Assembly (NCBI GenBank): GCA_037444505.1 | Contig: JBBIMH010000013.1 | Span: 51,972 to 115,971, forward strand | Direction of reading: 5' to 3' | Origin: Nitrospirota bacterium | GTDB lineage: Bacteria; Nitrospirota; UBA9217 | DNA: 64,000 nucleotides | Notes under the pieces: generated by a model | Seen by the model: only the letters and a program-made list of their open reading frames with translations | Database searches by the model: none | Told to the model about the DNA's origin: nothing | Translations under genes and position numbers: made by a program | Part shown: positions 40,390-50,168 of the stretch, piece by piece | Layout of the letters: each line of letters starts with the position of its first letter | How positions within the stretch are numbered: the stretch's first letter is position 1

Positions 40390-40496
40390 TTCGTAAAAAA
40401 CCGAATTTACCGCAGAGATCTCAGATAACGCAGAGAGAGCCCATTCACGTTTTTCTCGGCGCCCTCAGCATCATCTGCGGTGAAAAGCTTTTTACG
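40390..40496. repeat. Palindromic MITE/REP-like intergenic repeat, copy 4
   Basis: tcgtaaaaaaccgaatttaccgcagag ... atctgcggtgaaaagctttttacg, near-perfect terminal inverted repeats. Confidence 0.6.
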
Positions 40497-40657
40497 TGTT
40501 AATCGATATTGCATAGAACTCATTTTCCGCGTCACAGATTGTGTATAATACCATGACATCTTTAACAATTATGTTAAGTTATCTTCGACCCGGATGAGAC
40601 CGTTGAACCCTTATCTTTCAATCTCCGCGGGCATTCCGCTTGGCAGAGATACATAGG

Positions 40658-42607
40658 TCAAGCCTCTCCGCCGAATATTTCGATAACCTTTTTGACAAGC
40701 ATCGGAAGCGAGGGGTCGCGCGCTCCCATGATAAGTATGCAGTCGCCCTGTCTCGCGTCATTCTTCAGCATATCGATCAAGCCGTCTCTGTCTTTCACCG
40801 CCTCTGCATTGAACGAGACAGGGGCCAGTCCTTTTATAATGTCGTCGGAAGATATGTCCTTTTGAGCGGTTCCGCCTGCATAGTATATCGGCAGGAGATA
40901 GAGCGAGTCGCCGGGCCGGAGGGCCGAGCGGAAACTACGGATATATTCATCCTTGAGAAACCGCGTAGGGCCGAAGCCGTGGGGCTGATATACAGCGATG
41001 ATCCGGTCGGACAGGCCGCGTGCAGTAGATACGGCTGCGGAGATCTTCGCAGGGTTATGAGCGAAGTCGTCCACTACATAGACCCCGCGCCTCGTTAAAG
41101 CCGTTTCGAATCTCCTCGCCACTCCCTCAAACTTCTTCGTCGCATCCGAAAGCCGCCTATCATCGCAGCCGAGCGCTTCGCATACCGAGAGGGCGGCCAT
41201 GAGATTCTCGAGATTGTGCCTACCCGGAAGGGGAAGCGTGTATTCCACCCCTCCTTTCACGAGTCTCGCGGACAGGGGCATGAGCTCCTCGTAATCAGGC
41301 CTCCAAGATGCCTGTGCGTTTCTGCCGAATCTGATCCGCGCGCGAATAGGGGCGAGGAGAGGCTCGTCCGCGTTTATTACCGTAAGTGACGAGTTTCCTG
41401 CAAGGGTCATGAAGAGCCTCTGGAGCTCATCTACGCCTTTGTGGTCCTTGGATATGTTCAGTATGACGGCTATCTCCGGTCTGTATTTGACTATGCTCCC
41501 GTCGCTCTCATCCGCCTCCACAACCAATAGCTCGGATCCGCCGCTGTAGGCGTTCCCGATAAGCCCCTTTCTCTCGAGCTTCAAGAGGGAAGCACCGCTT
41601 ATGAGCGACGGTGACTTTCCGCATGCATCGAGGAATTCGAATATCATAGCGGTGACAGTCGATTTTCCACTCGTCCCTGCCACTGCTATAGTTTTCTTTG
41701 CAGAGATTAACGCTGAGAGGACATCGGATCTGTGAAGTATTGGTATGCCCCGGCGCCGGGCCTCCAGGATATCGGGATTTCCTTCCTCTATGGCGGTCGA
41801 AATGCAGACAATGTCCGTATATTCATCTATCCCTGAGCCGTCCTGGGGCGCGATGACGCAGCCGAGTGCTTCGAGGCCGCGCCTGATGGATGCAGTATCG
41901 TCGCTGTGATGGAACCTGTCCGAGCCCGAGACCCATATACCCTGGAACCTGAGATACTGGGCGACGGCGCTCATGCCGCTACCGAATACCCCTACAAGAT
42001 GCAGGCTGCGGCATCCATGCCCGGCGACGTTCAACGGCGGAGGGTCTATATATACGAGCGTGCCTTCCGGAACCAGGTCGAAGAGCCGGATGATGTCGTC
42101 ATTTCTCATGCAGACGCAGCCGTGAGACATGGGGGCGCCGATGAGGTCTTCACGACCTGTGCCGTGTATGTAGATATAGCGCTCGTATGAATCCACGCCC
42201 GGGCCTTTGTTTATACCGGGTTCGAGCCCTTCGAGCCGCAGGATGCGGCTCAGAATAAGATTATCTCCATTGTCTCCCGGTTTCCAGTCCTCTCCTGTAT
42301 CTTCCCTGTCCCTGAAGATGCGGCCGGCCGGCGCACCTGCCCCATATTTTTCTATGACCCTATGGATGCCGGGCGGCGTCTTGAGAGAGTTCTCTCTGTT
42401 GCCGATCCCGAGACGCGAGGTCGAACATGAGTACTCATTCAGTATATCCTCCCCTCTGCATAGAAAGAGCCTCTGGCGCTCCACCGAGACGAGGATATAG
42501 TGAGAGCCGCTGTCGGACATGAATCGTTGAAGCCTCTTATGGATTCTCTTGAGCAAGGATCCGTCCATAACCCGCCAAAGGCCTCTCAAAAGGCCTGCCG
42601 TATTCAT
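40658..42607 (-). CDS. Fusion protein: N-terminal L,D-transpeptidase (YkuD) catalytic domain + C-terminal MurC/Mpl-family Mur ligase, no signal peptide
   Basis: Residues about 40-190 carry HYILVSVERQRLFL...YIYIHGTGREDLIGAPMSHGCVCMRNDD (the H..SHGC(V)R L,D-transpeptidase motif). Residues about 200-649 carry GSGMSAVAQYL..VSGSD, P-loop IAVAGTSGKSTV and the Mur ligase middle and C-terminal domains. Confidence 0.8.
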   Translation of the reverse strand: MNTAGLLRGLWRVMDGSLLKRIHKRLQRFMSDSGSHYILVSVERQRLFLCRGEDILNEYSCSTSRLGIGNRENSLKTPPGIHRVIEKYGAGAPAGRIFRDREDTGEDWKPGDNGDNLILSRILRLEGLEPGINKGPGVDSYERYIYIHGTGREDLIGAPMSHGCVCMRNDDIIRLFDLVPEGTLVYIDPPPLNVAGHGCRSLHLVGVFGSGMSAVAQYLRFQGIWVSGSDRFHHSDDTASIRRGLEALGCVIAPQDGSGIDEYTDIVCISTAIEEGNPDILEARRRGIPILHRSDVLSALISAKKTIAVAGTSGKSTVTAMIFEFLDACGKSPSLISGASLLKLERKGLIGNAYSGGSELLVVEADESDGSIVKYRPEIAVILNISKDHKGVDELQRLFMTLAGNSSLTVINADEPLLAPIRARIRFGRNAQASWRPDYEELMPLSARLVKGGVEYTLPLPGRHNLENLMAALSVCEALGCDDRRLSDATKKFEGVARRFETALTRRGVYVVDDFAHNPAKISAAVSTARGLSDRIIAVYQPHGFGPTRFLKDEYIRSFRSALRPGDSLYLLPIYYAGGTAQKDISSDDIIKGLAPVSFNAEAVKDRDGLIDMLKNDARQGDCILIMGARDPSLPMLVKKVIEIFGGEA

Positions 42608-42947
42608 TACCCTTAGGGAGGAAAAGATAACTTATTTTATCAAGAAGGACAAGCAAAAAAGCCGGTTGAGACAATGTCTTGCATTATTCATTCTATGATG
42701 TAATATGTAATAAAGAAACGAGGCATGGCCATGGACATCCTCATCAAGAAGAAGACCGGGCGAGAAATGGCGGGGAAGGAGAAGGCAGCGGGCCAAGGCC
42801 TTTCGCGCAACGATTTTGACGCATGCAGATGCAAAGAGGTCTCGCAAATGAGCCTTTCCGGACTCCTTAGGCTGATGATGAAAGACCTCTCTATATGGAA
42901 GAGGCGCAGGAAGTAATCATCGTTGGGTTATATATGAGAGGTGAAGA

Positions 42948-43550
42948 ATGGGCGAAAGACAGGTTTTCCAGCCATTGACCAGGGAAGACAGGGTGACTGT
43001 TTTTCTCTACAGGACAGGTATCTTGCTTGCGGCTGTTTTCATGAGCTGGCTCGCATATCTATTTCTGTCGGCGGGCGCTTCTGATTCGAAGACCCCCCCG
43101 CTAATCATGGATAACATCATCCTTGGGCTCTATTTTTCAGCGGGGCTCTCTGTCTTCTTCATTCATCTATACATAACGAGGCTCAAAGTATATTTGAAAT
43201 ATCTTTATTATATCGGCCTCCTCTCCCTTGCAGCACTTGTGTATATAGGAGGGGGTTCTCCGACCCGCGCTGTTATGACTGCGCCCGCAAGCCTGATGCT
43301 GCTGCTGCCGCTCTCGGGCTGCATCGGGTTCGTAACTGCGAAGGAGGCCTTCTGCTTCAGGCTTATCGAGGGGTATCTGCTCGCCATGCTCATGCCGCTC
43401 TTTTTGCTCGCGGCCTCGGCAGGCGTCTTGCGGGAGACAGGCGCCGGATACGCCCTGGGCCTGACTGCCGTGTTGATGATCATATTCACGCTACGCAAGG
43501 TCTTTATGCCGATCGCCTATGACATCGGCGACAAGTCGGCCTATCAATGA
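42948..43550 (+). CDS. Integral membrane protein (5-6 TM), function unknown
   Basis: 200-aa hydrophobic ORF with an RBS. Confidence 0.5.
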   Translation: MGERQVFQPLTREDRVTVFLYRTGILLAAVFMSWLAYLFLSAGASDSKTPPLIMDNIILGLYFSAGLSVFFIHLYITRLKVYLKYLYYIGLLSLAALVYIGGGSPTRAVMTAPASLMLLLPLSGCIGFVTAKEAFCFRLIEGYLLAMLMPLFLLAASAGVLRETGAGYALGLTAVLMIIFTLRKVFMPIAYDIGDKSAYQ

Positions 43551-43575
43551 TCTGTCACGATAGATATATCAGGAG

Positions 43576-44136
43576 GTGGATATGTCGAAGGTTGTCGTGC
43601 TTTTTGCGGAAGGGTTCGAAGAGGTCGAGGCCATGGCCGTAGTGGACATCCTGCGCAGGGCGGATATCGAGACGGTCATCGCAGGACTCCATGACGGCTA
43701 TATCGAGAGCGCCAGAAAGGTCAAGGTCGTCCCTGATACCGTCATCGACAAACTAAATGCGGACGACTTCGATATGCTTGTGCTGCCGGGAGGGCAGCCC
43801 GGGTCGGACAATCTGAATAGGGACGGAAGGGTCAAGGCCCTCATCAAATCCTTCGCTGAGAAGGGAAAGCTTACAGCCGCCATATGCGCCGCGCCGTACG
43901 TCCTCGGCGGCGCGGGCGTACTCGAAGGGAAGAAGGCCACCGCCTATCCATCCTACAAGGAGAGGTTGACTGGCGCGGTATATACAGACAGGCCTGTTGT
44001 TTGGGATGGAAATGTGCTCACGAGCAAGGGGCCTGGAACCGCCTTATGCTTCGGCCTGGCGCTCGTAGAGAGGCTTTCCGGCAGAGAAAAGGCGATGAAG
44101 ATAAAAGAGGCCATGCTCATCGCAGATCCCTGCTGA
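43576..44136 (+). CDS. DJ-1/PfpI-family protein
   Basis: MSKVVVLFAEGFEEVEA...LVLPGG...AICAAP nucleophile elbow. Confidence 0.8.
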   Translation: MDMSKVVVLFAEGFEEVEAMAVVDILRRADIETVIAGLHDGYIESARKVKVVPDTVIDKLNADDFDMLVLPGGQPGSDNLNRDGRVKALIKSFAEKGKLTAAICAAPYVLGGAGVLEGKKATAYPSYKERLTGAVYTDRPVVWDGNVLTSKGPGTALCFGLALVERLSGREKAMKIKEAMLIADPC

Positions 44137-44217
44137 GAGCGATTATAGCGTGTAGACTTTGTAGGGCTTGATTCCATCTTCACAACTTCGTGTCATAATC
44201 GGAAATGTGGTTTTGAG

Positions 44218-45513
44218 ATGAAAACCGGTCGCAAAGACATCTCTAATCTCCCCTCTCTCATTGTGAGCGATCAAAACGGGAATCTATTCGACCTACCCGA
44301 GTACGGCCTTGCGGTGAGGCACGGCGTCGAATTCAGGCCGCCGGAAAAAGAAGAGATCATTCCCCTTCCCCACGGAAGCGAGCTGCATATGCTTCCCGAC
44401 AGACTGCCAGTCGGCATAGACAGAAGGACAGGTAGTGCCGTAGTCATAGCGAGCTATAAGGGGATCAGGCTCAGGCCGGCATCTGCATTTGTAGCGCCAG
44501 CCTATACAGTTCTTTATCACGCGGCATATAGACGCGAAAACAAGGCTGTAACCCTGCCCCTATTCTCGTATGCGCCGCTCGGTTTCAACGGTAAGGGATT
44601 CGTCACCACCGCCGTCCGCGTCGATAGGGACAAGAGGCAGGATGCCGAAAACTTCGATCAGAGAGAGATTATCAGGCGCGGCAGGGAGATTCTCAAGAAG
44701 CACCCGAAAAACAGGCTGGTGCATCACCTCATCCATAACTGTGCCTTCACATATCTCTGTCCTGCTGCAAGGAACTGGGTCATGGCCAGATGGGAGGCGC
44801 CGATCCCCACCTCGGTCTCCTGCAACTCCTCGTGTCTCGGTTGCATATCGAGCCAGCCCAAGGAAAGCAAAGTGCCGGCGACACAACCGAGGATCACATT
44901 CATCCCGAGCGTGGATGAGATAGTGGAATATACCGTGCCCCATCTCAGGACCGCGCCCCGCGCCATAGTGAGCTTCGGCCAGGGATGCGAGGGAGAGCCT
45001 CTCACGCGCGGCGAGCTCATAGAAGAAGCGGTGCGGGCGATGCGGGCGCTCACAAAGATGGGTACAATAAACCTGAATACCAATGCCTCCTTGCCGGAAA
45101 GGGTAGAGCGCATCTGCAAGGCCGGGCTCGACAGCATGCGCGTGTCATTGAACAGCGCCAGGCCCGGGATATACGAGGCATATTATCGGCCACGCGGATA
45201 CGGGCTGAAAGAGGTGCTAGAATCCATAAAGATCGCCAAGGCTCACGGCGTCTGGGTGTCTCTCAATTATCTGATCTTCCCCGGGCTTTCAGACACCAGG
45301 ACAGAGATGAATGCCTTGAAAGGTCTGGTGTCTAAGTATTCCATTGACATGATCCAGATGCGCAATCACAATATAGATCCGGATTGGTACATAGGTGCTT
45401 TCGGCACAGGTATCACGCAGGAGAAGCCCTCGGGCATTATCGAGTGGATGAGAGAGATGCGGCGTGCAAAGCCGTCTCTTGTATTCGGATATTTCAATCC
45501 GTATCTCGGCTGA
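44218..45513 (+). CDS. Radical SAM protein with an uncharacterised roughly 200-aa N-terminal domain
   Basis: CNSSCLGC (CX3CX2C) at residue about 203. GQGCEGEPL glycine-rich SAM motif downstream. Confidence 0.65.
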   Translation: MKTGRKDISNLPSLIVSDQNGNLFDLPEYGLAVRHGVEFRPPEKEEIIPLPHGSELHMLPDRLPVGIDRRTGSAVVIASYKGIRLRPASAFVAPAYTVLYHAAYRRENKAVTLPLFSYAPLGFNGKGFVTTAVRVDRDKRQDAENFDQREIIRRGREILKKHPKNRLVHHLIHNCAFTYLCPAARNWVMARWEAPIPTSVSCNSSCLGCISSQPKESKVPATQPRITFIPSVDEIVEYTVPHLRTAPRAIVSFGQGCEGEPLTRGELIEEAVRAMRALTKMGTINLNTNASLPERVERICKAGLDSMRVSLNSARPGIYEAYYRPRGYGLKEVLESIKIAKAHGVWVSLNYLIFPGLSDTRTEMNALKGLVSKYSIDMIQMRNHNIDPDWYIGAFGTGITQEKPSGIIEWMREMRRAKPSLVFGYFNPYLG

Positions 45514-45607
45514 GCCTTTTTCAAGGGGCTTGACAATTCTATGTACGCTTGTTAAGGTTAGAGCATGCGGCAGGAGTCCACGTTATATTCATTTTTAGGA
45601 GGAGAGG

Positions 45608-46012
45608 ATGAAGATATTCGGAGCTGTAGTTGCGGTCTGTATTTTTCTCTTTTCCGGCCATGTATCCGCCGGAGACGCAATGAAGGAAGGTCTTTGGGAG
45701 GTGACGGTTAGCATGGATATGCCAGGCATGCCGATGAAGATGCCGGGCCAGACCTATAAACAATGCCTCACGAAGAAAGACATGATCCCTCAGAAAGAGG
45801 AGAAAGACAAGAAGTGCAGGTTGATTAAGAATGAGAAGAAGGGCGACACAGTCATATGGTTGATGGAGTGCAAGGATGATGACGGGACGACCACTATTAG
45901 CGGCAAGGCCACATACAAGGGAAGCAGCTTCAAGGGCACGGTAAAGGTCAAGCATGCCAAAGGCGACTTTACCCAGCACCTCTCGGGCAGGTGGATCGGC
46001 CAGTGCAAGTAG
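45608..46012 (+). CDS. Secreted DUF3617-like small protein
   Basis: Signal peptide. GLWEVT motif and paired Cys residues. Confidence 0.5.
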   Translation: MKIFGAVVAVCIFLFSGHVSAGDAMKEGLWEVTVSMDMPGMPMKMPGQTYKQCLTKKDMIPQKEEKDKKCRLIKNEKKGDTVIWLMECKDDDGTTTISGKATYKGSSFKGTVKVKHAKGDFTQHLSGRWIGQCK

Positions 46013-46105
46013 GGCGAGAGGGTGTCGTTTTCGGTTGGAGGCATCGAGTCATAAGGGCTCGGGCGTGGATCGAGATGCCCAGCCGGACAGCCGAGATTTG
46101 ATGTT

Positions 46106-47491
46106 ATGACTGAATATAGAACGGAAAAGGATTCAATGGGCGAAGTGAGGGTGCCGCGGGACGCGCTCTATGGTGCGCAGACGCAGAGGGCGGTGGATAA
46201 CTTTCCTGTAAGCGGTATCCGTTTTCCGCGCGTCTTCATCAGGGCACTCGGTCTCATCAAGGCGGCTGCCGCAGAGGCGAACATGGAATTCGGCCTCCTC
46301 AATCCAAAAAACGCGGCGGCGATTAGACAGGCCGCCATGGAGGTCGCGGACGGAAAGTGGGACAAAGAGTTCCCGGTGGATGTATTCCAGACAGGTTCAG
46401 CAACATCCACTAACATGAACGCCAACGAGGTCATTGCTAATCTCGCCTCTCGGATATTGAACTCTCCAGGCGCCCTGCATCCCAATGACCACGTTAACAT
46501 GTCACAGTCGACGAATGATGTTATTCCCTCTGCAGTTCATCTGAGTGCCTGTTTCATCCTTCATGAATCCCTCCTGCCCTCTCTTCTTCACCTGCGAGAT
46601 GCCATGCAGAAGAGGGCGATGGAGCTGATGGACGTAGTTAAGACAGGCCGCACCCACCTGAGGGATGCGATGCCCATCAGGCTCGGCCAGGAGATAAGCG
46701 GTTGGGCCTATCAGACGGCCCAGTCCGTAGAAAGACTGGAATCCTGTCTCCCGAGGCTCTATATGCTCGCCATGGGCGGCACCGCAGTCGGCACAGGTGT
46801 GAATGCGCCGCCTGGTTTCGGAGCAAAGGTCGCTGAGAAACTTTCCAAGCTTACAGGGCTTCCGCTCCGGGAGGCGGAGAATCATTTCGCAGCCCAAGCG
46901 GCCATGGACACCGCAGTAGAGCTTTCAGGCCATCTCAAGACCGCGGCGACCGCTTTTATCAAGATCGCGAACGACATCAGAATCATGAGCAGCGGCCCGG
47001 TTGCCGGGTTCGGAGAAATAGAGCTGCCCGGCCTCCAGCCCGGCTCGAGCATCATGCCAGGAAAGGTGAACCCTGTCATCTGCGAGGTCTTGATGATGGC
47101 GTGCGCCCAGATAATCGGAAATGACACGGTCATCACCGTTTCGAATCAGCACGGCAACTTTGAGCTCAATACCATGCTGCCGGTGATTGCATATAACCTC
47201 ATCCAGTCCATGACACTGCTTGCCAATTCTTCGAGGCTTTTCTCGGACATGGTCGTTTCCGGCTTTACCGCGAACAAGAGCCGCATGGAGTCCCTTCTCG
47301 AGAAGAACCCGATAATAGTCACCGCGCTCGCGCCTGTAATCGGCTATGACAAGGCCGCAGAGATCTCGGGAAAGGCATACAGGGAAGGCCGCTCAGTCAA
47401 AGAGATAGCCGCAGAGACGACGAGCCTGTCCAAGGAGGAGCTGGACAGGATTCTTGATCCCAAAGGCATGACCGGCGGGGAAATTCGGTGA
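46106..47491 (+). CDS. fumC: Class II fumarate hydratase
   Basis: EKDSMGEVRVP, GSSIMPGKVNP signature. Confidence 0.95.
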   Translation: MTEYRTEKDSMGEVRVPRDALYGAQTQRAVDNFPVSGIRFPRVFIRALGLIKAAAAEANMEFGLLNPKNAAAIRQAAMEVADGKWDKEFPVDVFQTGSATSTNMNANEVIANLASRILNSPGALHPNDHVNMSQSTNDVIPSAVHLSACFILHESLLPSLLHLRDAMQKRAMELMDVVKTGRTHLRDAMPIRLGQEISGWAYQTAQSVERLESCLPRLYMLAMGGTAVGTGVNAPPGFGAKVAEKLSKLTGLPLREAENHFAAQAAMDTAVELSGHLKTAATAFIKIANDIRIMSSGPVAGFGEIELPGLQPGSSIMPGKVNPVICEVLMMACAQIIGNDTVITVSNQHGNFELNTMLPVIAYNLIQSMTLLANSSRLFSDMVVSGFTANKSRMESLLEKNPIIVTALAPVIGYDKAAEISGKAYREGRSVKEIAAETTSLSKEELDRILDPKGMTGGEIR

Positions 47492-47509
47492 TGGGCGAAA
47501 GGAGAGATC

Positions 47510-48175
47510 ATGTCATTCGCTTCCAATCCGGCGAGAAAGATGGTCATGGCCCTCACCGGCCAGGCCATGGTGCTCTTCGTCGCTGTTCATCTGCTCGGCA
47601 ATCTCACCATCTTTTTCGGAGATCTGAATGCCTATGCAGCTTCGTTGGCCGGGATGCCCTGCATCCAGTGGCCTGTTCGCATATTTATGTCAGTGATGCT
47701 CTGCCTGCACATCTATCTCGGCGTCATCATCACCCTCGAGAACCGAGGGGCAAAGCCGGACTCATATGCAATCAGCGCTCATCTCAAGTCCACCTTCGCC
47801 GGCAGGAATATGATCTGGACAGGGTCGATCATCGCCGCGTTTCTTGTCTATCATCTGCTCCACTTCACATTTCAGGTCATATATCCCGAATTCTCCGCTG
47901 TGCGCCGCGTTGACTCATATGGCAGGCCTGATGTATTCATGATGGTAGTGGAGAGCTTCAGCCGCACCGCTGTCTCTGCGGCATATATGACCGGTTTGGC
48001 AGGGCTCGGACTGCATCTGCTGCACGGGCTGCAAAGCTCCATCCAGACTCTGGGCCTAAACAATGACAGGATGCTGCCGATAGTCGTGAAATCCGGAGCG
48101 ATCGCCTCGCTCGCCATATTTCTGTCGTATTCGGCGATACCGGTCGCGATCATAACAGGCATATCGAAACATTGA
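47510..48175 (+). CDS. sdhC: Succinate dehydrogenase/fumarate reductase di-haem cytochrome b membrane anchor (single-subunit type B)
   Basis: About 220 aa, five TM helices with conserved His residues. Immediately upstream of the flavoprotein. Confidence 0.7.
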   Translation: MSFASNPARKMVMALTGQAMVLFVAVHLLGNLTIFFGDLNAYAASLAGMPCIQWPVRIFMSVMLCLHIYLGVIITLENRGAKPDSYAISAHLKSTFAGRNMIWTGSIIAAFLVYHLLHFTFQVIYPEFSAVRRVDSYGRPDVFMMVVESFSRTAVSAAYMTGLAGLGLHLLHGLQSSIQTLGLNNDRMLPIVVKSGAIASLAIFLSYSAIPVAIITGISKH

Positions 48176-48257
48176 AAACATCTCTCACTAAGACGGTGGA
48201 TCGGAATGATTATCTGATGCCACTTGCGCGATGCCACAGCATCTAAGTCGGACTTGT

Positions 48258-50168
48258 ATGCTTCTTGACGGAAAAATCCCATCAGGCCCGCTTCACGAGA
48301 AGTGGGACAAGCGCAAGGCGGAGCTGCGGCTCATAAGCCCTGCTAACAAACGCAAGTACCGCATAATAGTCGTAGGTACTGGACTCGCTGGTGCGTCTGC
48401 GGCTGCGTCTCTCGGAGAGTTGGGATATAATGTCCTGGTATTCTGTACGAACGACTCGCCGCGCAGGGCGCACAGCATAGCGGCCCAAGGTGGGATAAAC
48501 GCGGCCAAGAATTATCCGAATGACGGAGACAGCATCTGGAGGCTGTTTTACGAGACGATCAAAGGAGGGGACTTCCGGTCGCGCGAGGCGAATGTCTATC
48601 GCCTCGCCCAGGTCAGCGGAAACATCATCGACCAGTGCGTCGCACAGGGTGTGCCTTTCGCGAGGGACTACGCAGGCTATCTCGAGACGCGGTCTTTCGG
48701 TGGCGCCCTTGTGTCCCGCACATTCTATGCGCGAGGCCAGACAGGGCAGCAGCTTCTGCTCGGCGCATACAGCGCCTTGATGAGACAGGTGAGAATCGGC
48801 TCGGTCAGGGTGCATCCTCGCACCGAGATGCTCGACCTCGTCGTGATCGATGGAGAGGCGAAGGGGATCGTGGCGCGTGACCTCGTTTCCGGCAGGATAG
48901 AGGCCATCGCAGCGGATGCAGTCGTGCTTGCAACCGGAGGATACAGCAATGTCTATTTCCTCTCGACTAACTCCATGACAGGTAATGTCACCGCGGCATT
49001 CAGGGCATACAAGAGAGGGGCTTTCTTCGCAAACCCCTGCTTCACTCAGATACATCCCACCTGCATACCCGTATCCGGCGTGCACCAGGCGAAGCTCACC
49101 CTCATGTCCGAGTCCTTGAGAAACGATGGAAGGGTCTGGGTGCCCAAGAAGAAGGGCGACATCCGAAGACCGAATGAAATACCAGAGCATGAGCGGGACT
49201 ATTATCTCGAGCGGCTCTATCCTTCATACGGAAATCTGGCGCCCCGGGACATTGCCTCGAGGGCGGCGAAGGCAGTATGCGACCAGGGTCTCGGCGTAGG
49301 CCCCGGCGGCCGTGGTGTGTATCTCGACCTTTCGAACGCCATTAAGAGGCTGGGAAGAGAGAAGATCCGAGAGCGCTACGGAAATTTATTCGACATGTAC
49401 GAGCGCATCACCGGAGAGAACGCATACGAGGCGCCTATGCGAATATATCCCGCTCCTCACTATGCAATGGGCGGACTCTGGGTGGATTACAATCTCGAGA
49501 GCAATATACGCGGCCTGTTCGTCATAGGCGAGGCTAATTTCTCTGACCACGGCGCAAACCGCCTCGGTGCGAGCGCTCTGATGCAGGGCCTAGCCGACGG
49601 CTATTTCATCCTGCCTTACACCATCGCCGACTATCTCGCAACAACGCAGCCCGGAAGGTTCTCATCAGAGCATGAGGAATTCAAAGGAGCTTTGAAGAAT
49701 GTCGAGTCCTTCGTGGCGAGGCTGCTTTCTATGAAAGGCAGAAGAACAGCCTCTGAATTCCACAGAGAGCTCGGCCGGGTCATGTGGGACAATGTCGGTA
49801 TGGAGAGGAGCGCAGAAGGGCTCAGAAAGGCCTTGAACAGGATAGAGGAGATCAGAGAGGAGTTTTGGCGGGACCTGATAGTTCCTAACGTGTCCGACCT
49901 GAACCAAGAGCTCGAAAAGGCCGGCCGCGTCGCCGACTTCCTCGAGTTTGCGAAACTGATGGTGAGGGATGCCTTGCACAGAAACGAATCGTGCGGGGCG
50001 CATTTCCGGCTCGAATATCAGGAAAAGGACGGAGAGGCGCTCCGCGACGACGCAAATTTTTCCTATGTCGCCGCATGGCAGTACAACGGAGAAAACAGCG
50101 AACCCATGCTGCACAAAGAGATATTGACCTTCGAGTATGCAAAGCCGGAAGCGAGGAGCTACAGGTAA
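48258..50168 (+). CDS. sdhA: Succinate dehydrogenase/fumarate reductase flavoprotein subunit
   Basis: [14 protein letters not shown] dinucleotide fold, covalent-FAD His region ([14 protein letters not shown]). The start was chosen at MLLDGKIP. Confidence 0.9.
   Translation: MLLDGKIPSGPLHEKWDKRKAELRLISPANKRKYRIIVVGTGLAGASAAASLGELGYNVLVFCTNDSPRRAHSIAAQGGINAAKNYPNDGDSIWRLFYETIKGGDFRSREANVYRLAQVSGNIIDQCVAQGVPFARDYAGYLETRSFGGALVSRTFYARGQTGQQLLLGAYSALMRQVRIGSVRVHPRTEMLDLVVIDGEAKGIVARDLVSGRIEAIAADAVVLATGGYSNVYFLSTNSMTGNVTAAFRAYKRGAFFANPCFTQIHPTCIPVSGVHQAKLTLMSESLRNDGRVWVPKKKGDIRRPNEIPEHERDYYLERLYPSYGNLAPRDIASRAAKAVCDQGLGVGPGGRGVYLDLSNAIKRLGREKIRERYGNLFDMYERITGENAYEAPMRIYPAPHYAMGGLWVDYNLESNIRGLFVIGEANFSDHGANRLGASALMQGLADGYFILPYTIADYLATTQPGRFSSEHEEFKGALKNVESFVARLLSMKGRRTASEFHRELGRVMWDNVGMERSAEGLRKALNRIEEIREEFWRDLIVPNVSDLNQELEKAGRVADFLEFAKLMVRDALHRNESCGAHFRLEYQEKDGEALRDDANFSYVAAWQYNGENSEPMLHKEILTFEYAKPEARSYR

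Noticed and set aside
40250-40510. Tandem repeats considered as a possible CRISPR array
   Set aside because: Only two tandem units, each about 110 bp and internally palindromic, with no spacers of unique sequence and no cas genes. The interpretation as MITE/REP-like elements is better.
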